Shown here one piece after another: positions 38,360 to 48,205 of a stretch of DNA of 64,000 nucleotides. The position numbers were made by a program, and so were the translations under genes. The DNA is from Candidatus Altiarchaeales archaeon (GTDB lineage Archaea; Altiarchaeota; Altiarchaeia; IMC4; SCGC-AAA252-I15). The stretch lies in contig WJMO01000009.1 of assembly GCA_014727915.1 (NCBI GenBank), forward strand, positions 1-64,000, in the 5' to 3' direction. Under the pieces are notes generated by a model, which worked only from the letters and a program-made list of their open reading frames with translations, did not search any database and was not told where the DNA came from. The first letter of the stretch is position 1. Every line of letters starts with the position of its first letter.

Positions 38360-39570
38360 AGAAGAAGGTAGTGTTGGCTTACTCGGGGGGTTTGGACACG
38401 AGCGTGATACTGAAGTGGCTCATCGACAAAGGCTATGATGTCATAGCATACGTGGCGGACGTCGGCCAGAAAGAGGACTATGAGGCCGTCAGGAAGAAGG
38501 CCCTCGAATGCGGAGCTAGCAAAGTCTACGTTGAAGACCTGAAAAAGGAGTTCATAACCGACTTCGTGTTCAAGGCTTTGAAGTCCAATGCGGTATACGA
38601 GGGAAGATACCTCCTTGGAACGTCGATAGCCCGGCCCGTGATCGCGAAACGCCACATAGACGTGGCCCGGAAGGAGAAGACCAACATAGTCTCCCACGGT
38701 GCCACCGGAAAGGGCAATGATCAGGTCCGCTTCGAGCTGACCTACATCACCTTGATGCCCGAGGTCGAGATAATAGCTCCCTGGAAGGACGAGGAGTTCC
38801 TGTCCAAGTTCCAGGGCCGGAAGGACATGCTGGAATATGCCGAGGAGCATGGCATCCCGGTAGAGGCCACGACTAAGAAGCCCTACAGCTCCGACGAGAA
38901 CATAATGCACAAGAGCTACGAGGCGGGGGTCCTGGAGGACCCGCTCAAACCAGCTGATGAATCCATGTTCACCATGACCGTTTCCCCGAAGGACGCCCCC
39001 GACGAGAAGACAAAGGTTTCAGTCACCTTCAAAGCGGGTGTCCCTGTTAAAGTCGAGTCCAACGGCACCGTCAAGTCTAAGCCTGTGGAGATGCTCCAGT
39101 TCCTGAACAAGATAGCGGGCGAGAACGGCGTGGGCCGCATAGACATCGTGGAGAACCGGTTCGTGGGTATGAAATCACGGGGCGTCTACGAGACACCCGG
39201 ATACACTGTGCTGCGCGCCGCTCACATGGACCTGGAGGGGCTGACGGTGGACCGTGAGGTGATACACCTCCGGGACATGCTGACACCCAAGATATCGGAG
39301 CTCATGTACTATGGGTTCTGGTATGCGCCCGAGATGTACTTCCTGATGGCAGCAGTCGAAGAGAGCCAGAAGCACGTTTCAGGCACGGTGCACCTGTCCC
39401 TATACAAGGGCAACGTGATTGTGGAAGGACGCGAGTCAGAGGACAGCCTATACGACGAGGACGTGGCCTCAATGGATGTCCACGGCGGATACGACCAGAA
39501 GGACGCTACCGGATTCATAAAACTGAACGCGTTGCGCCTGCGCATATGGGCCAGAAAACACGGTAAATGA
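38356..39570 (+). CDS. argG: Argininosuccinate synthase (canonical)
   Basis: [60 protein letters not shown]. Confidence 0.97.
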   Translation: MKKKVVLAYSGGLDTSVILKWLIDKGYDVIAYVADVGQKEDYEAVRKKALECGASKVYVEDLKKEFITDFVFKALKSNAVYEGRYLLGTSIARPVIAKRHIDVARKEKTNIVSHGATGKGNDQVRFELTYITLMPEVEIIAPWKDEEFLSKFQGRKDMLEYAEEHGIPVEATTKKPYSSDENIMHKSYEAGVLEDPLKPADESMFTMTVSPKDAPDEKTKVSVTFKAGVPVKVESNGTVKSKPVEMLQFLNKIAGENGVGRIDIVENRFVGMKSRGVYETPGYTVLRAAHMDLEGLTVDREVIHLRDMLTPKISELMYYGFWYAPEMYFLMAAVEESQKHVSGTVHLSLYKGNVIVEGRESEDSLYDEDVASMDVHGGYDQKDATGFIKLNALRLRIWARKHGK

Positions 39571-39600
39571 TTTATTTAGGCGATTTCCCCTATATCTTAC

Positions 39601-39810
39601 ATGGTGAATCATAGGGTTTTATCCTATCTGTTGCTGGCTTTGTCGCTCCTTCCCGGCAACTCATGTGCTTACATAGACCCTGGAACGGGCAGCATGTTAT
39701 TCCAACTTGTAATAGCCGCCTCTGTGGGGGTCATGTTCCTTATCAAGTCTAAGGTAAAAAACCTTATATCGGGTATACAAAAGGCATTGTCTAAGTCTGA
39801 TGATGGATGA
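39601..39810 (+). CDS. Small exported/membrane protein with AYIDPGTGS motif
   Basis: Signal-peptide-like N-terminus ending SCA, then YIDPGTGS, a TM helix and basic tail; overlaps next gene. Confidence 0.75.
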   Translation: MVNHRVLSYLLLALSLLPGNSCAYIDPGTGSMLFQLVIAASVGVMFLIKSKVKNLISGIQKALSKSDDG

Positions 39811-41179
39811 GCGTAGGGTTCCCTCTTCTTTCAGGGACCCCAACGGATTTGTCTTCACTGAGGGTGGCGAGGTATTTCGCCAGGTTAACATCTCTTACAA
39901 AAGGCAATATGAGAAACTGATGTTCTCTGGCTTGTATGACGACCTGGTTTCTGATGGCCTGATTATTCCCCACATCGAATCGGACCATGAACCTTTGAAA
40001 AATCATGGCGCATATAAGGTATTGAAGCCCGATATTGTTCGTTTCACATCCTACCCCTATGAGTGGTGTTTCTCACAGTTAAAGGACGCTGCTCTGACGA
40101 CCCTCTCGATACAGATGAAATCCCTCGAACACGGGATGACACTAAAAGATGCCAGCGCATATAACATACAGTTCAACAGGGGGAAGCCTGTTCTCATAGA
40201 TACTCTATCCTTCGAGGTCCTGGACCCTACTGTCCCCTGGGTGGCCTATCGTCAATTCTGCCAGCACTTCCTAGCGCCGCTGGCGCTGATGACCTACATC
40301 GATCCAGGGCTGAACAGCCTCTTAAAGTCCCATCTAGACGGCGTTCCTCTTTCCATGGCCTCAAATATGCTGCCCAGAAGAACATACCTGAACTGGGGGC
40401 TACTTGTCCATTTACACATGCACTCAAAGAGTCAGTCACGTCTGATCAGGCATAGAGACAAGATGGAGGACAGGGCAATTAGCCTTAACTCCCTCAAAGG
40501 CCTTGCGGACAATCTGATGTCAACTGTGAAAAGCCTGGTCTGGAAGCCTGACAAGACAGTATGGAGCGAATACTATGGGGTTGAAAGTAACTATGATGAT
40601 TCGTCATTCGATGCAAAAAAGAAGAGGGTCGGAGAGCTAATAGAAAAGGCAAATCCGGCCAGCATTTGGGATATTGGGGCGAATACCGGCCTTTTCAGCA
40701 GGATGGCCTCTGAGAGGGGAGTACCGACCCTTTCGTTGGACTATGATAGGTCCTGTGTTGAGGTCAACTACTTAAGGGTCAAAAAGGACGGTGATGAAAA
40801 TCTGCTGCCCCTACACTCTGATATCACAAATCCAGCCCCGGCGATCGGATGGATGAACCAAGAGAGGAAGTCACTTCTTGAAAGGGGCCCAACAGACACT
40901 GTGCTTGCGTTAGCGTTGATACACCACCTGGCGATAGCAAACAACCTGCCCCTTGCCATGGTAAGCTCGTTCTTCTCAGGAATATGCAAAAAGCTAATAA
41001 TCGAATTCGTGCCCAAACAGGACTCCAATGCGCAGAGGCTTCTGCAGTCTAGGGAAGACATATTCCCTGACTATAACCTGGAGGAATTCGAAGGTGAATT
41101 CTCAAGATATTTTAAAATCGATTCCAAATTGCCAATACCCGGAAGCGATAGGGTGCTATATCTGATGGTGAAAGAATAA
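39800..41179 (+). CDS. NoeA-like kinase-like + class I methyltransferase fusion
   Basis: SSFRDP, SYPYEW, LKDASAYNIQF, LIDTLSFE in N-half; WDIGANTG, LALALIHHL, IIEFVP in C-half. Confidence 0.8.
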   Translation: MMDERRVPSSFRDPNGFVFTEGGEVFRQVNISYKRQYEKLMFSGLYDDLVSDGLIIPHIESDHEPLKNHGAYKVLKPDIVRFTSYPYEWCFSQLKDAALTTLSIQMKSLEHGMTLKDASAYNIQFNRGKPVLIDTLSFEVLDPTVPWVAYRQFCQHFLAPLALMTYIDPGLNSLLKSHLDGVPLSMASNMLPRRTYLNWGLLVHLHMHSKSQSRLIRHRDKMEDRAISLNSLKGLADNLMSTVKSLVWKPDKTVWSEYYGVESNYDDSSFDAKKKRVGELIEKANPASIWDIGANTGLFSRMASERGVPTLSLDYDRSCVEVNYLRVKKDGDENLLPLHSDITNPAPAIGWMNQERKSLLERGPTDTVLALALIHHLAIANNLPLAMVSSFFSGICKKLIIEFVPKQDSNAQRLLQSREDIFPDYNLEEFEGEFSRYFKIDSKLPIPGSDRVLYLMVKE

Positions 41180-41180
41180 G

Positions 41181-42707
41181 ATGCACAACTCCCCTAGGGT
41201 GATCCTACACCCTCTCCTGCTAGCAGCATATCCTGTCCTCTTCCTCTATGGCCAGAACCTCGGGGAAGTCGCATTAGAAGGGCTCGTCATCCCCCTCACA
41301 TTTGCGTTCGCCGTTCTCTCCGTCTCCTATTCCCTGTTCTTTCTCCACTTCAGGGAAATGGAAAGAACGTCCTTGATGACGTCCCTGTTTCTCGTTATCT
41401 TCTTCTTTTCGGGTATTTTCGCCGAACTGCTGTCTAAATACGCTCCCTTACTATACCTTGGTGAAACTGTAATACCCCACCAGTTCATCCTTGTTTTTTT
41501 CAGCGCTGCCTTCTTGACACTCTCCCTCTCTCTTCTTTCAGGGCATAAAGGGGATTTAAAGCCAATAACCTTCTATTTTAATCTTCTAGCATCCACTCTG
41601 GCGTTGTTGAATCTTCTTACTGTCGTTCCTTTTTTGCTTTCCACCAGCCTTAACGGTTCCCAGTCCTCCCCGACAGGCTTGCATCCTGAAGCCGAATGCA
41701 CTGGAGCATGTCCAGACATATATTACATAATCCTGGATGCATACCCGCGAGACGACGTTCTGAGGGAGAGTTTTGGGTTTGAAAACGGGCCCTTCATAGA
41801 CTCCCTATCCTCCAGGGGATTCTATGTCGCGTCCGACTCGAGGAGCAACTATGCAAATAGCTATCAGTCCCTATCATCCTCTCTAAACATGGATTATCTG
41901 GATGCACTAGTCGATAGCATGAAAAGCGCTTCTATGAACCGTTATATGGTCTATGAGATGATCAAGGAAAACAAGGTCCAGGGTTATCTAGAGTCCAAAG
42001 GCTACGTAATCATCAATTTCAGGTCTGGCTGGGGTCCAACGGATGATATGGGCGATTCAGACATTCAGCTAAGCCCTTTTGACTTCCGCGAGAACAACGA
42101 ATTCTTTGTTGTTCTGCTGCAAAACACTGTTTTGGCCCCTGCAATAGAGCAGGTTATATGGGACTCTAGGAGGGAGAACATCTTATACGCTTTCGATAAC
42201 CTAGGCGGAGTTGCTGACATGCCTGAATCCACCTTCACATTTGCTCACATACTCTGCCCGCACCCTCCCTTCCTATTCGATGAGGATGGCAGTCTCCCCT
42301 CATCAGATGCTGGTTTGAGCCTCGATGATCTCATGGCGGGTCAGGTGTCCTTTGTCAACAGGAAGGTCTCTGATGCTGTTGACGAGATACTGTCCAAGTC
42401 GGATGAGCCTCCGGTGATCATCTTGCAGGCTGATCACGGTACCGGACTGCTCGGATCAAACAGTGTTTGCATGTTAAAACCTTCAAGCATATATTCTGTG
42501 AATGAGAGTGAACTGGAGGACCGGATGAAGATATTGAACGCCTATCTTCTGCCTGGGGGCGGGAGCGAAGGGCTGTACGAGTCTATCTCTCCCGTGAACT
42601 CTTTTAGGGTTGTTTTCAACCGCTACTTCCATGAGAACCTCACTCTCCTGGAGGATAGGAGCTTCATATCCTGCGACAGTGACACTTTCAATTTCAGAGA
42701 ACTATGA
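41181..42707 (+). CDS. Membrane alkaline-phosphatase/sulfatase-superfamily protein, paralog 1
   Basis: ~5 N-terminal TMs; IYYIILDAY, SNYANSYQSLSSSLN, HPPF, QADHG. Confidence 0.85.
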   Translation: MHNSPRVILHPLLLAAYPVLFLYGQNLGEVALEGLVIPLTFAFAVLSVSYSLFFLHFREMERTSLMTSLFLVIFFFSGIFAELLSKYAPLLYLGETVIPHQFILVFFSAAFLTLSLSLLSGHKGDLKPITFYFNLLASTLALLNLLTVVPFLLSTSLNGSQSSPTGLHPEAECTGACPDIYYIILDAYPRDDVLRESFGFENGPFIDSLSSRGFYVASDSRSNYANSYQSLSSSLNMDYLDALVDSMKSASMNRYMVYEMIKENKVQGYLESKGYVIINFRSGWGPTDDMGDSDIQLSPFDFRENNEFFVVLLQNTVLAPAIEQVIWDSRRENILYAFDNLGGVADMPESTFTFAHILCPHPPFLFDEDGSLPSSDAGLSLDDLMAGQVSFVNRKVSDAVDEILSKSDEPPVIILQADHGTGLLGSNSVCMLKPSSIYSVNESELEDRMKILNAYLLPGGGSEGLYESISPVNSFRVVFNRYFHENLTLLEDRSFISCDSDTFNFREL

Positions 42708-44161
42708 TGAAAAATGAGAAAAGCGATTAGGACTATCATTCACCCGATAATATTCGGTTTGTACCCTGTCCTGTTCCTCTACGGCGAGAACCTAGGGGAG
42801 GTCGCATCATACGATCTGCTGCTTCCCCTGGCTTTCTCGTTGGCCCTCGTCATCTCCTTTCTCGGGTGTTTTTGGGTTCTCTTAAGGGACATGGACAAGT
42901 CTGCGGCTATGTCCTCATTGTCTCTGATATTCTTCTTCTTCTACTCGGGGTTTTCCGAATTTGCATCATCACATCTGCCTCTGATAGTCAGCACCAACAT
43001 AGTATTGCACCCCTACTACATCGTGAACTTTTTCAGCGCTGCATTCTTGACCCTGTCCTTTATCCTGTTGAGGGATTACAAGGGGGGGCTCGGACCTTTA
43101 ACAACATTCTTCAATGTTATAGCATCTATTCTGCTGGTTTTCAATCTGATCGATGTTGTCCCGTTTATTCTGTCTGAGGATGTCCGGAGGGGAGTCGATA
43201 ACCCCGGGGATGTCCACGTTATATCTGGCAAATCCATGCCTGACATCTACTACATCATCTTGGACGGCTATTCCAGGGATGATGTCCTGTTGGAGTCCCT
43301 TGGCCACAACAACAGCGGATTCTCAGACGAGCTTCGGGCTAGGGGGTTCTACGTTGCTGACAAGTCAATGAGCAACTATGCGACCACTTTCCTCTCATTG
43401 CCGTCCTCCCTGAACATGAAATACATCGATCACGTCTCTTCGAACACAACTCGTCTCCCTCATGATCTTAGCATGGCCTACAACCTGATAAGGGACAATG
43501 AAGTTCAGAAATATCTTAAGTCAAAGGGCTACACGATAGTCAATTTTCGTTCCAGCTGGGGTCCGACAGATGACATTAGAAGTGCGGATTTGCAGCTGAG
43601 CTTCTCGCAATTCAGAGAGAACAACGACTTCTTCCTTGTTTTGCTGCAGACCACTGCCTTATCACCGTTTATTGAACACATCATCTGGGATTTTAGACGT
43701 AATAACATACTCTACGTCTTTGATGAGCTGTCCGATGTCGCTCTCATGCCCGAGCCCACATTCACGTTATCTCATGTCCTATGCCCCCATGCTCCCTTCC
43801 TCTTTGACCGTGATGGGGGGGTGCCTGTCCAAACTATGGACTCTCGCGAGCTCTATGTGGGACAGCTCGTATACGTGAACAAAAGAGTATTAGGCGTTGT
43901 TGACGAGATACTGTCCAAGTCGGATGAGCCTCCGGTGATCATCTTGCAGGCGGACCATGGCGCAGGCATATTGGGGTTCAACAATGCATGTGTGAACAAC
44001 CCGTTAGATAACAGAAACTATGACGATAAAATGGTCGAGGACCGGGTTAAGATATTGAACGCCTATCTTCTGCCTGGGGGCGGGAGCGAAGGGCTGTACG
44101 AGTCTATCTCTCCCGTGAACTCTTTTAGGGTTGTTTTCAACCGCTACTTCCATGAGAACCT
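42377..44161 (+). repeat. Two identical DNA blocks shared by the paralogs: 54 bp (42377-42430 / 43898-43951) and 113 bp (42528-42640 / 44049-44161)
   Basis: Base-by-base comparison; both offsets are 1521 nt; flanking sequence clearly diverged. Confidence 0.85.
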
Positions 44162-44243
44162 TACGATGCTCGAGGACCGGAGTTATTTCTCATGTGGTCG
44201 GAACCCATTCGACTTCAGGGAGGTGGAGCACACAACTGCCTGA
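42714..44243 (+). CDS. Membrane alkaline-phosphatase/sulfatase-superfamily protein, paralog 2
   Basis: ~5 TMs; IYYIILDGY, SNYATTFLSLPSSLN, HAPF, QADHG. Confidence 0.85.
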   Translation: MRKAIRTIIHPIIFGLYPVLFLYGENLGEVASYDLLLPLAFSLALVISFLGCFWVLLRDMDKSAAMSSLSLIFFFFYSGFSEFASSHLPLIVSTNIVLHPYYIVNFFSAAFLTLSFILLRDYKGGLGPLTTFFNVIASILLVFNLIDVVPFILSEDVRRGVDNPGDVHVISGKSMPDIYYIILDGYSRDDVLLESLGHNNSGFSDELRARGFYVADKSMSNYATTFLSLPSSLNMKYIDHVSSNTTRLPHDLSMAYNLIRDNEVQKYLKSKGYTIVNFRSSWGPTDDIRSADLQLSFSQFRENNDFFLVLLQTTALSPFIEHIIWDFRRNNILYVFDELSDVALMPEPTFTLSHVLCPHAPFLFDRDGGVPVQTMDSRELYVGQLVYVNKRVLGVVDEILSKSDEPPVIILQADHGAGILGFNNACVNNPLDNRNYDDKMVEDRVKILNAYLLPGGGSEGLYESISPVNSFRVVFNRYFHENLTMLEDRSYFSCGRNPFDFREVEHTTA

Positions 44244-44253
44244 GCCAATCCTA

Positions 44254-44832
44254 TCACTCTTCGTCGTAGTCTGTGTCGTCCACGACGCATCCTTCTCCTG
44301 GCACGCACCTCTCCTGGTCCGTGCATTTCCTTATTATCTTCTGCTCCTGCTTGACCTTGCAGCAGCTGTCATCGCATATGGGCGTTGATTCGATCCGGTA
44401 CATGCCGTTGCTGCTGCACTTGAACTCGCTGTACTCGGGCTGTCCGCAGTCGCTGTCCGCGGTGCACGGGTCGCATTTCGGAACGTGCAATGTGGTTGTG
44501 GTGACGGCCGCGCCGCCGTCGTCGCTGAGCCCGCACTGTATCTTGCACTGGTCGCAGTCGCATTTCCGGTATATGAAGTCTGTCTTATTGCATGGGGGGC
44601 ACACTACCTGGCTCTCCCCGTCAGCTTCCGATATGATCGGGCACTCGTCCTTGCTGTCCTTGGTGGTGCCGTCCGAGCACACGTACTTGTTCACGGTCTT
44701 CTCCACCACCTGGTCCTTTCCTTCCGGCTTGAGGAACCAGACGCTGGACCCACCGAACAGTATGCCCAGTAGGAGGGCGATCACGATCAGAACCGCCACT
44801 AGCATGGCCTCTACTTTCGACATCTTAGACAT
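44254..44832 (-). CDS. Cys-rich membrane-anchored surface protein
   Basis: N-terminal TM; YVCSDGT, multiple Cys clusters, TTTT linker. Confidence 0.75.
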   Translation of the reverse strand: MSKMSKVEAMLVAVLIVIALLLGILFGGSSVWFLKPEGKDQVVEKTVNKYVCSDGTTKDSKDECPIISEADGESQVVCPPCNKTDFIYRKCDCDQCKIQCGLSDDGGAAVTTTTLHVPKCDPCTADSDCGQPEYSEFKCSSNGMYRIESTPICDDSCCKVKQEQKIIRKCTDQERCVPGEGCVVDDTDYDEE

Positions 44833-44860
44833 AGATATAAGCCTAATACCTTAAAAAATA

Positions 44861-45490
44861 CTATCTCCTAATGGCCTCTACTATCCTTCTGCCGTATTCT
44901 TCGGCTGCCTGAGGGCCTGAGGCGGTTATGACCTTCCCATCAGTTACAACGTCCTCTTTCACGTATTCGGCGCCGCCGGCATCCAAAGCCTGGACGGTCT
45001 CCGGCGTCTCGAAGACGGTGGCTTTCCTGCCGTCCAATACGCCGGCCTTCGCCAATACCGCGCCTGAGAGGCATATGCCTGCAACGACCTTCCCGTCGTC
45101 ATATGACCCTTTCAGGATGTTCCTCAGGTCTGTGTCGTCCCAGAGGTATTCCCTGCTGCCTCCCCCGCCCGCGACAACTACCGCATCATAGTCTGCTGGG
45201 TTGGCATCGCCTATCCTCAGGTCCGCTTCGACCTCAGCTCCTAACATGCCGGTGGACACGCCCCCCATGGGGCTTGCTGTAACAACCTCCGCTCCAGCAT
45301 CCTCAAGAATGTCCTTTGGGACCAGGTACTCCTCGTCCCGGAAGTTCTCCTGCGCTATAACATACAGTACTCTCACTTCTATCACCTCATCAACTTCTGA
45401 AAGCTCAATCGATCCGGCGTCGTCGACCTTGCTAGCTGCTGTCAGGCACCCGCATACCAGGCAGGCTAAGACCACGATCAACGCTTTCAT
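44861..45490 (-). CDS. DJ-1/PfpI family protein with lipoprotein-like signal
   Basis: FRDEEY, YDAVVVAGG, AGICLS, VITASGP; N-terminal LVCGC lipobox. Confidence 0.88.
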   Translation of the reverse strand: MKALIVVLACLVCGCLTAASKVDDAGSIELSEVDEVIEVRVLYVIAQENFRDEEYLVPKDILEDAGAEVVTASPMGGVSTGMLGAEVEADLRIGDANPADYDAVVVAGGGGSREYLWDDTDLRNILKGSYDDGKVVAGICLSGAVLAKAGVLDGRKATVFETPETVQALDAGGAEYVKEDVVTDGKVITASGPQAAEEYGRRIVEAIRR

Positions 45491-45525
45491 ACATTATATA
45501 TGCCTTTAATAATTGTAATAAGACA

Positions 45526-46224
45526 GTGGACCGGAGTATCGCTTTCACCTTGTGGATCGTGTCGGGCGTCATATTGGCTGCTCTGGTCTTCACAGGACAT
45601 GAGGAGGCTGTCGAGATGAGCTCAGATTCGGATGATATTGTGCTTCCCGAACCCGCCAGTTCAGGGAGCGTCTCAGTGGAAGAGGCAATCGCGAAAAGGC
45701 GTTCTGTGCGTAAATACAGCGGAGAACCCCTGTCACTCTCCGAGCTCTCGCAGATGCTATGGGCCGCCCAGGGAGTAACCTCACAGTGGGGCGGGCGGGC
45801 CGCCCCCTCGGCGGGCGGGACATACCCCCTTGAAGCCTACGCGGTCGTCGGAGATGTTGAAGGAGCCTCGCCCGGAGTCTACAGGTATGTGCCCGGGGAG
45901 AAAACCTTAAGGCTGGCGGTTGACGGCGACGTCAGGTCCGAGCTTGCGGAGGCAGCCCTCGGCCAGTCCATGATCTCAGAGGCGCCTGCGATCATCGTGA
46001 TATCCGCGGTCTATGAGAGGACTACTGGGAGGTACGGGGATAGGGGCGTGATGTACGTGCACATGGAAGCAGGCCACGCGGGCCAGAACATCTACCTCCA
46101 GGCCGAGTCCCTGGGATTGGGGACGGTCGCAGTAGGCGCATTCAGGCCCCGCCAGGTCTCCCAGATACTGGGACTCCCAGAGGATGAGGAGCCGATATAC
46201 ATGTATCCCATAGGCAGAAGATAG
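45526..46224 (+). CDS. SagB/ThcOx-family nitroreductase-fold dehydrogenase with N-terminal TM
   Basis: KRRSVRKY, LWAAQG, APSAGGTYPLE, EAGHAGQN. Confidence 0.9.
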   Translation: MDRSIAFTLWIVSGVILAALVFTGHEEAVEMSSDSDDIVLPEPASSGSVSVEEAIAKRRSVRKYSGEPLSLSELSQMLWAAQGVTSQWGGRAAPSAGGTYPLEAYAVVGDVEGASPGVYRYVPGEKTLRLAVDGDVRSELAEAALGQSMISEAPAIIVISAVYERTTGRYGDRGVMYVHMEAGHAGQNIYLQAESLGLGTVAVGAFRPRQVSQILGLPEDEEPIYMYPIGRR

Positions 46225-46248
46225 ACAGGAGCTGATCGACAGTAAACC

Positions 46249-48135
46249 CTATATGAGCCTTATGCTGTCCAGGTTCTTCGGGGCGGTGGCCTCAAAGCCG
46301 AACATGTCATACAATGTCATGGACAGGTTCATGGTCTTGCTGGCCTCGCCGTGCATGATGATCGCCCTCTTGGGCTTGGGGTTTATCTTCTTCGAGTAGC
46401 CCAGCAGCTGCCGCCTGTCCGCGTGGCCGCTGAACCCGTCCACGGTCTGAACGTTGAGGTTGACTTTTATGCCGCGCGTCTTCCCGCCGTCCTCCAAGGC
46501 CACCTCGTTAACCCCGTTCTGTATCCTCCGGCCCAGGCTGCCCTCAGCCTGGTATCCCACGAAGGCGATGGTGTTCCTGTTATCCTCTGCGAAGGCCTTG
46601 AAGTACTCCACACTCGGCCCTCCGGTCATCATGCCTGATGTCGCGAGTATAACGCAGGGGTCGGGGTTCTTTATGATGTCCGGCCGCTTCTTATGCTCGA
46701 CCTTCTCGAACGCGTCCACGAGGAACGGGTTGTAGCCGTTGAATATCCTGTGCTTGATGTGCTTCTTCAAGTACTCAGGGTATGAAGTGTGTATGGCAGT
46801 TGCCTCCCAGATCATCCCGTCAAGGTATACTGGAACGTCCAGGTCTCCGAAGCGGTAGGCGTTCTCCAAAACCATCATCACCTCCTGGCTCCTGCCCACG
46901 CTGAAGACCGGGATCAACACCTTCCCCTTCCTGTTTATGGTCTTCTTGATCGTGTCGATTAGAACGGTCTCCGCGTCGCGCCTCTTGGGCTGAGTGTCAT
47001 ATCTGCCGCCGTAGGTCGACTCCATGATCAGGGTCTCAACCCTGGGGAAGTCGTAGTTTGCGGCCTCCAAAAGCCGGGTGTCTCCGAACTTGAAGTCCCC
47101 GGTGTAGACCATGTTGTGCAAGCCCTCGCCGATGTGGAAGTGGCAGACGCTCGAACCCAAGATATGCCCCGCGTTGTATAGGGTAAGATGTATGTCTGGT
47201 GTGATGTCCGCGACCTCATTGTACTCCAAGGGGATGGTGTGCTTTATCATCTCCCGCACCTCCTTGCTCCCGAAGGGAAGCTCGTTCTGCCCCTTAACGC
47301 CGATCTCGACCGCGTCCAACACCAGCAAAGCCATAAGGTCCCTCGTCGGCTCGGTGCAGTAGATGGGACCGTCATAGCCGTACTTGTACAGGTAGGGCAC
47401 GAAACCGCAGTGGTCCAGGTGGGCGTGTGAGACGACAACAGCGTCCAACTCGCTTATGGCCAGCTTGACAGCCCTGAAATCGGGGAAACGGTCCGTATCA
47501 GAGGCTGCGACGTTTATGCCGCAGTCTATGAGCACGTTGCTAGCCGGCGTCTGCAACAGCACACACGACCTGCCGACCTGCTGGGCGCCTCCCAATGGGG
47601 TGACCCTTATCCAATCACAGTCGGCGTCCGGCTTCCGGTATATCTTCTTGCCCACGTTCCGGAGTATCTTCTGCCGCTCCTTGCTGTTGTCGAACAATGT
47701 CTTACGTATGCTCCTAACGGTCTCAGACTGCAAGGGCGGCTTCCTCAACAGCTTGGGAGTCCACCGAATCCTCTTTGTGATCTCCTCAAGGGTGTTTCCG
47801 TGCTTGCCGATCACAAGGCCAAGCTTCTCAGCCTCTATCCTCACCTCTCCGAAGTTCTCGTCGAACTCGATATCGACGATGTTGGCCTCTTCAGGTATGA
47901 TCTCCTCTATTACCTTCTTGGCTTCCACCGGGTCCATGACGGAATCCGGGGTGCTGCGCACTATTATCCTCTTCTTGAGGGATGTGGCCAGGTTCCTCAC
48001 TTCGCTGCTGTTCTCAACGAAATATGTCATGTCATTAGTGTATAGTATGACCTTGGGGCCTTCCACGTCAACCTTAACGATCTTGCCTTCAGGCGCTGTC
48101 TCGTCTACTATCGCCTGTATCTCCTTGAATTCCAT
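46249..48135 (-). CDS. fttA: aCPSF1/FttA beta-CASP ribonuclease with KH domains
   Basis: KH GLVIGKHG; SHAHLDH, AGHILGS, DGFSGHAD; adjacent to psmB as is usual in archaea. Confidence 0.95.
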   Translation of the reverse strand: MEFKEIQAIVDETAPEGKIVKVDVEGPKVILYTNDMTYFVENSSEVRNLATSLKKRIIVRSTPDSVMDPVEAKKVIEEIIPEEANIVDIEFDENFGEVRIEAEKLGLVIGKHGNTLEEITKRIRWTPKLLRKPPLQSETVRSIRKTLFDNSKERQKILRNVGKKIYRKPDADCDWIRVTPLGGAQQVGRSCVLLQTPASNVLIDCGINVAASDTDRFPDFRAVKLAISELDAVVVSHAHLDHCGFVPYLYKYGYDGPIYCTEPTRDLMALLVLDAVEIGVKGQNELPFGSKEVREMIKHTIPLEYNEVADITPDIHLTLYNAGHILGSSVCHFHIGEGLHNMVYTGDFKFGDTRLLEAANYDFPRVETLIMESTYGGRYDTQPKRRDAETVLIDTIKKTINRKGKVLIPVFSVGRSQEVMMVLENAYRFGDLDVPVYLDGMIWEATAIHTSYPEYLKKHIKHRIFNGYNPFLVDAFEKVEHKKRPDIIKNPDPCVILATSGMMTGGPSVEYFKAFAEDNRNTIAFVGYQAEGSLGRRIQNGVNEVALEDGGKTRGIKVNLNVQTVDGFSGHADRRQLLGYSKKINPKPKRAIIMHGEASKTMNLSMTLYDMFGFEATAPKNLDSIRLI

Positions 48136-48205
48136 CGTCTATTTCAGTTAGCAAAGCATGTGTTTTTTTTACAGTCGAGGAATCGACTCGAAATGCCTAT
48201 TTAAA

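Noticed and set aside
42431-44048. Diversity-generating retroelement TR/VR pair
   Set aside because: Differences are not adenine-specific and no reverse transcriptase is present.
45526-46224. Azole-RiPP (TOMM) cluster around the SagB-like gene
   Set aside because: No YcaO, E1-like protein or precursor nearby; stand-alone SagB-like genes are common in archaea.
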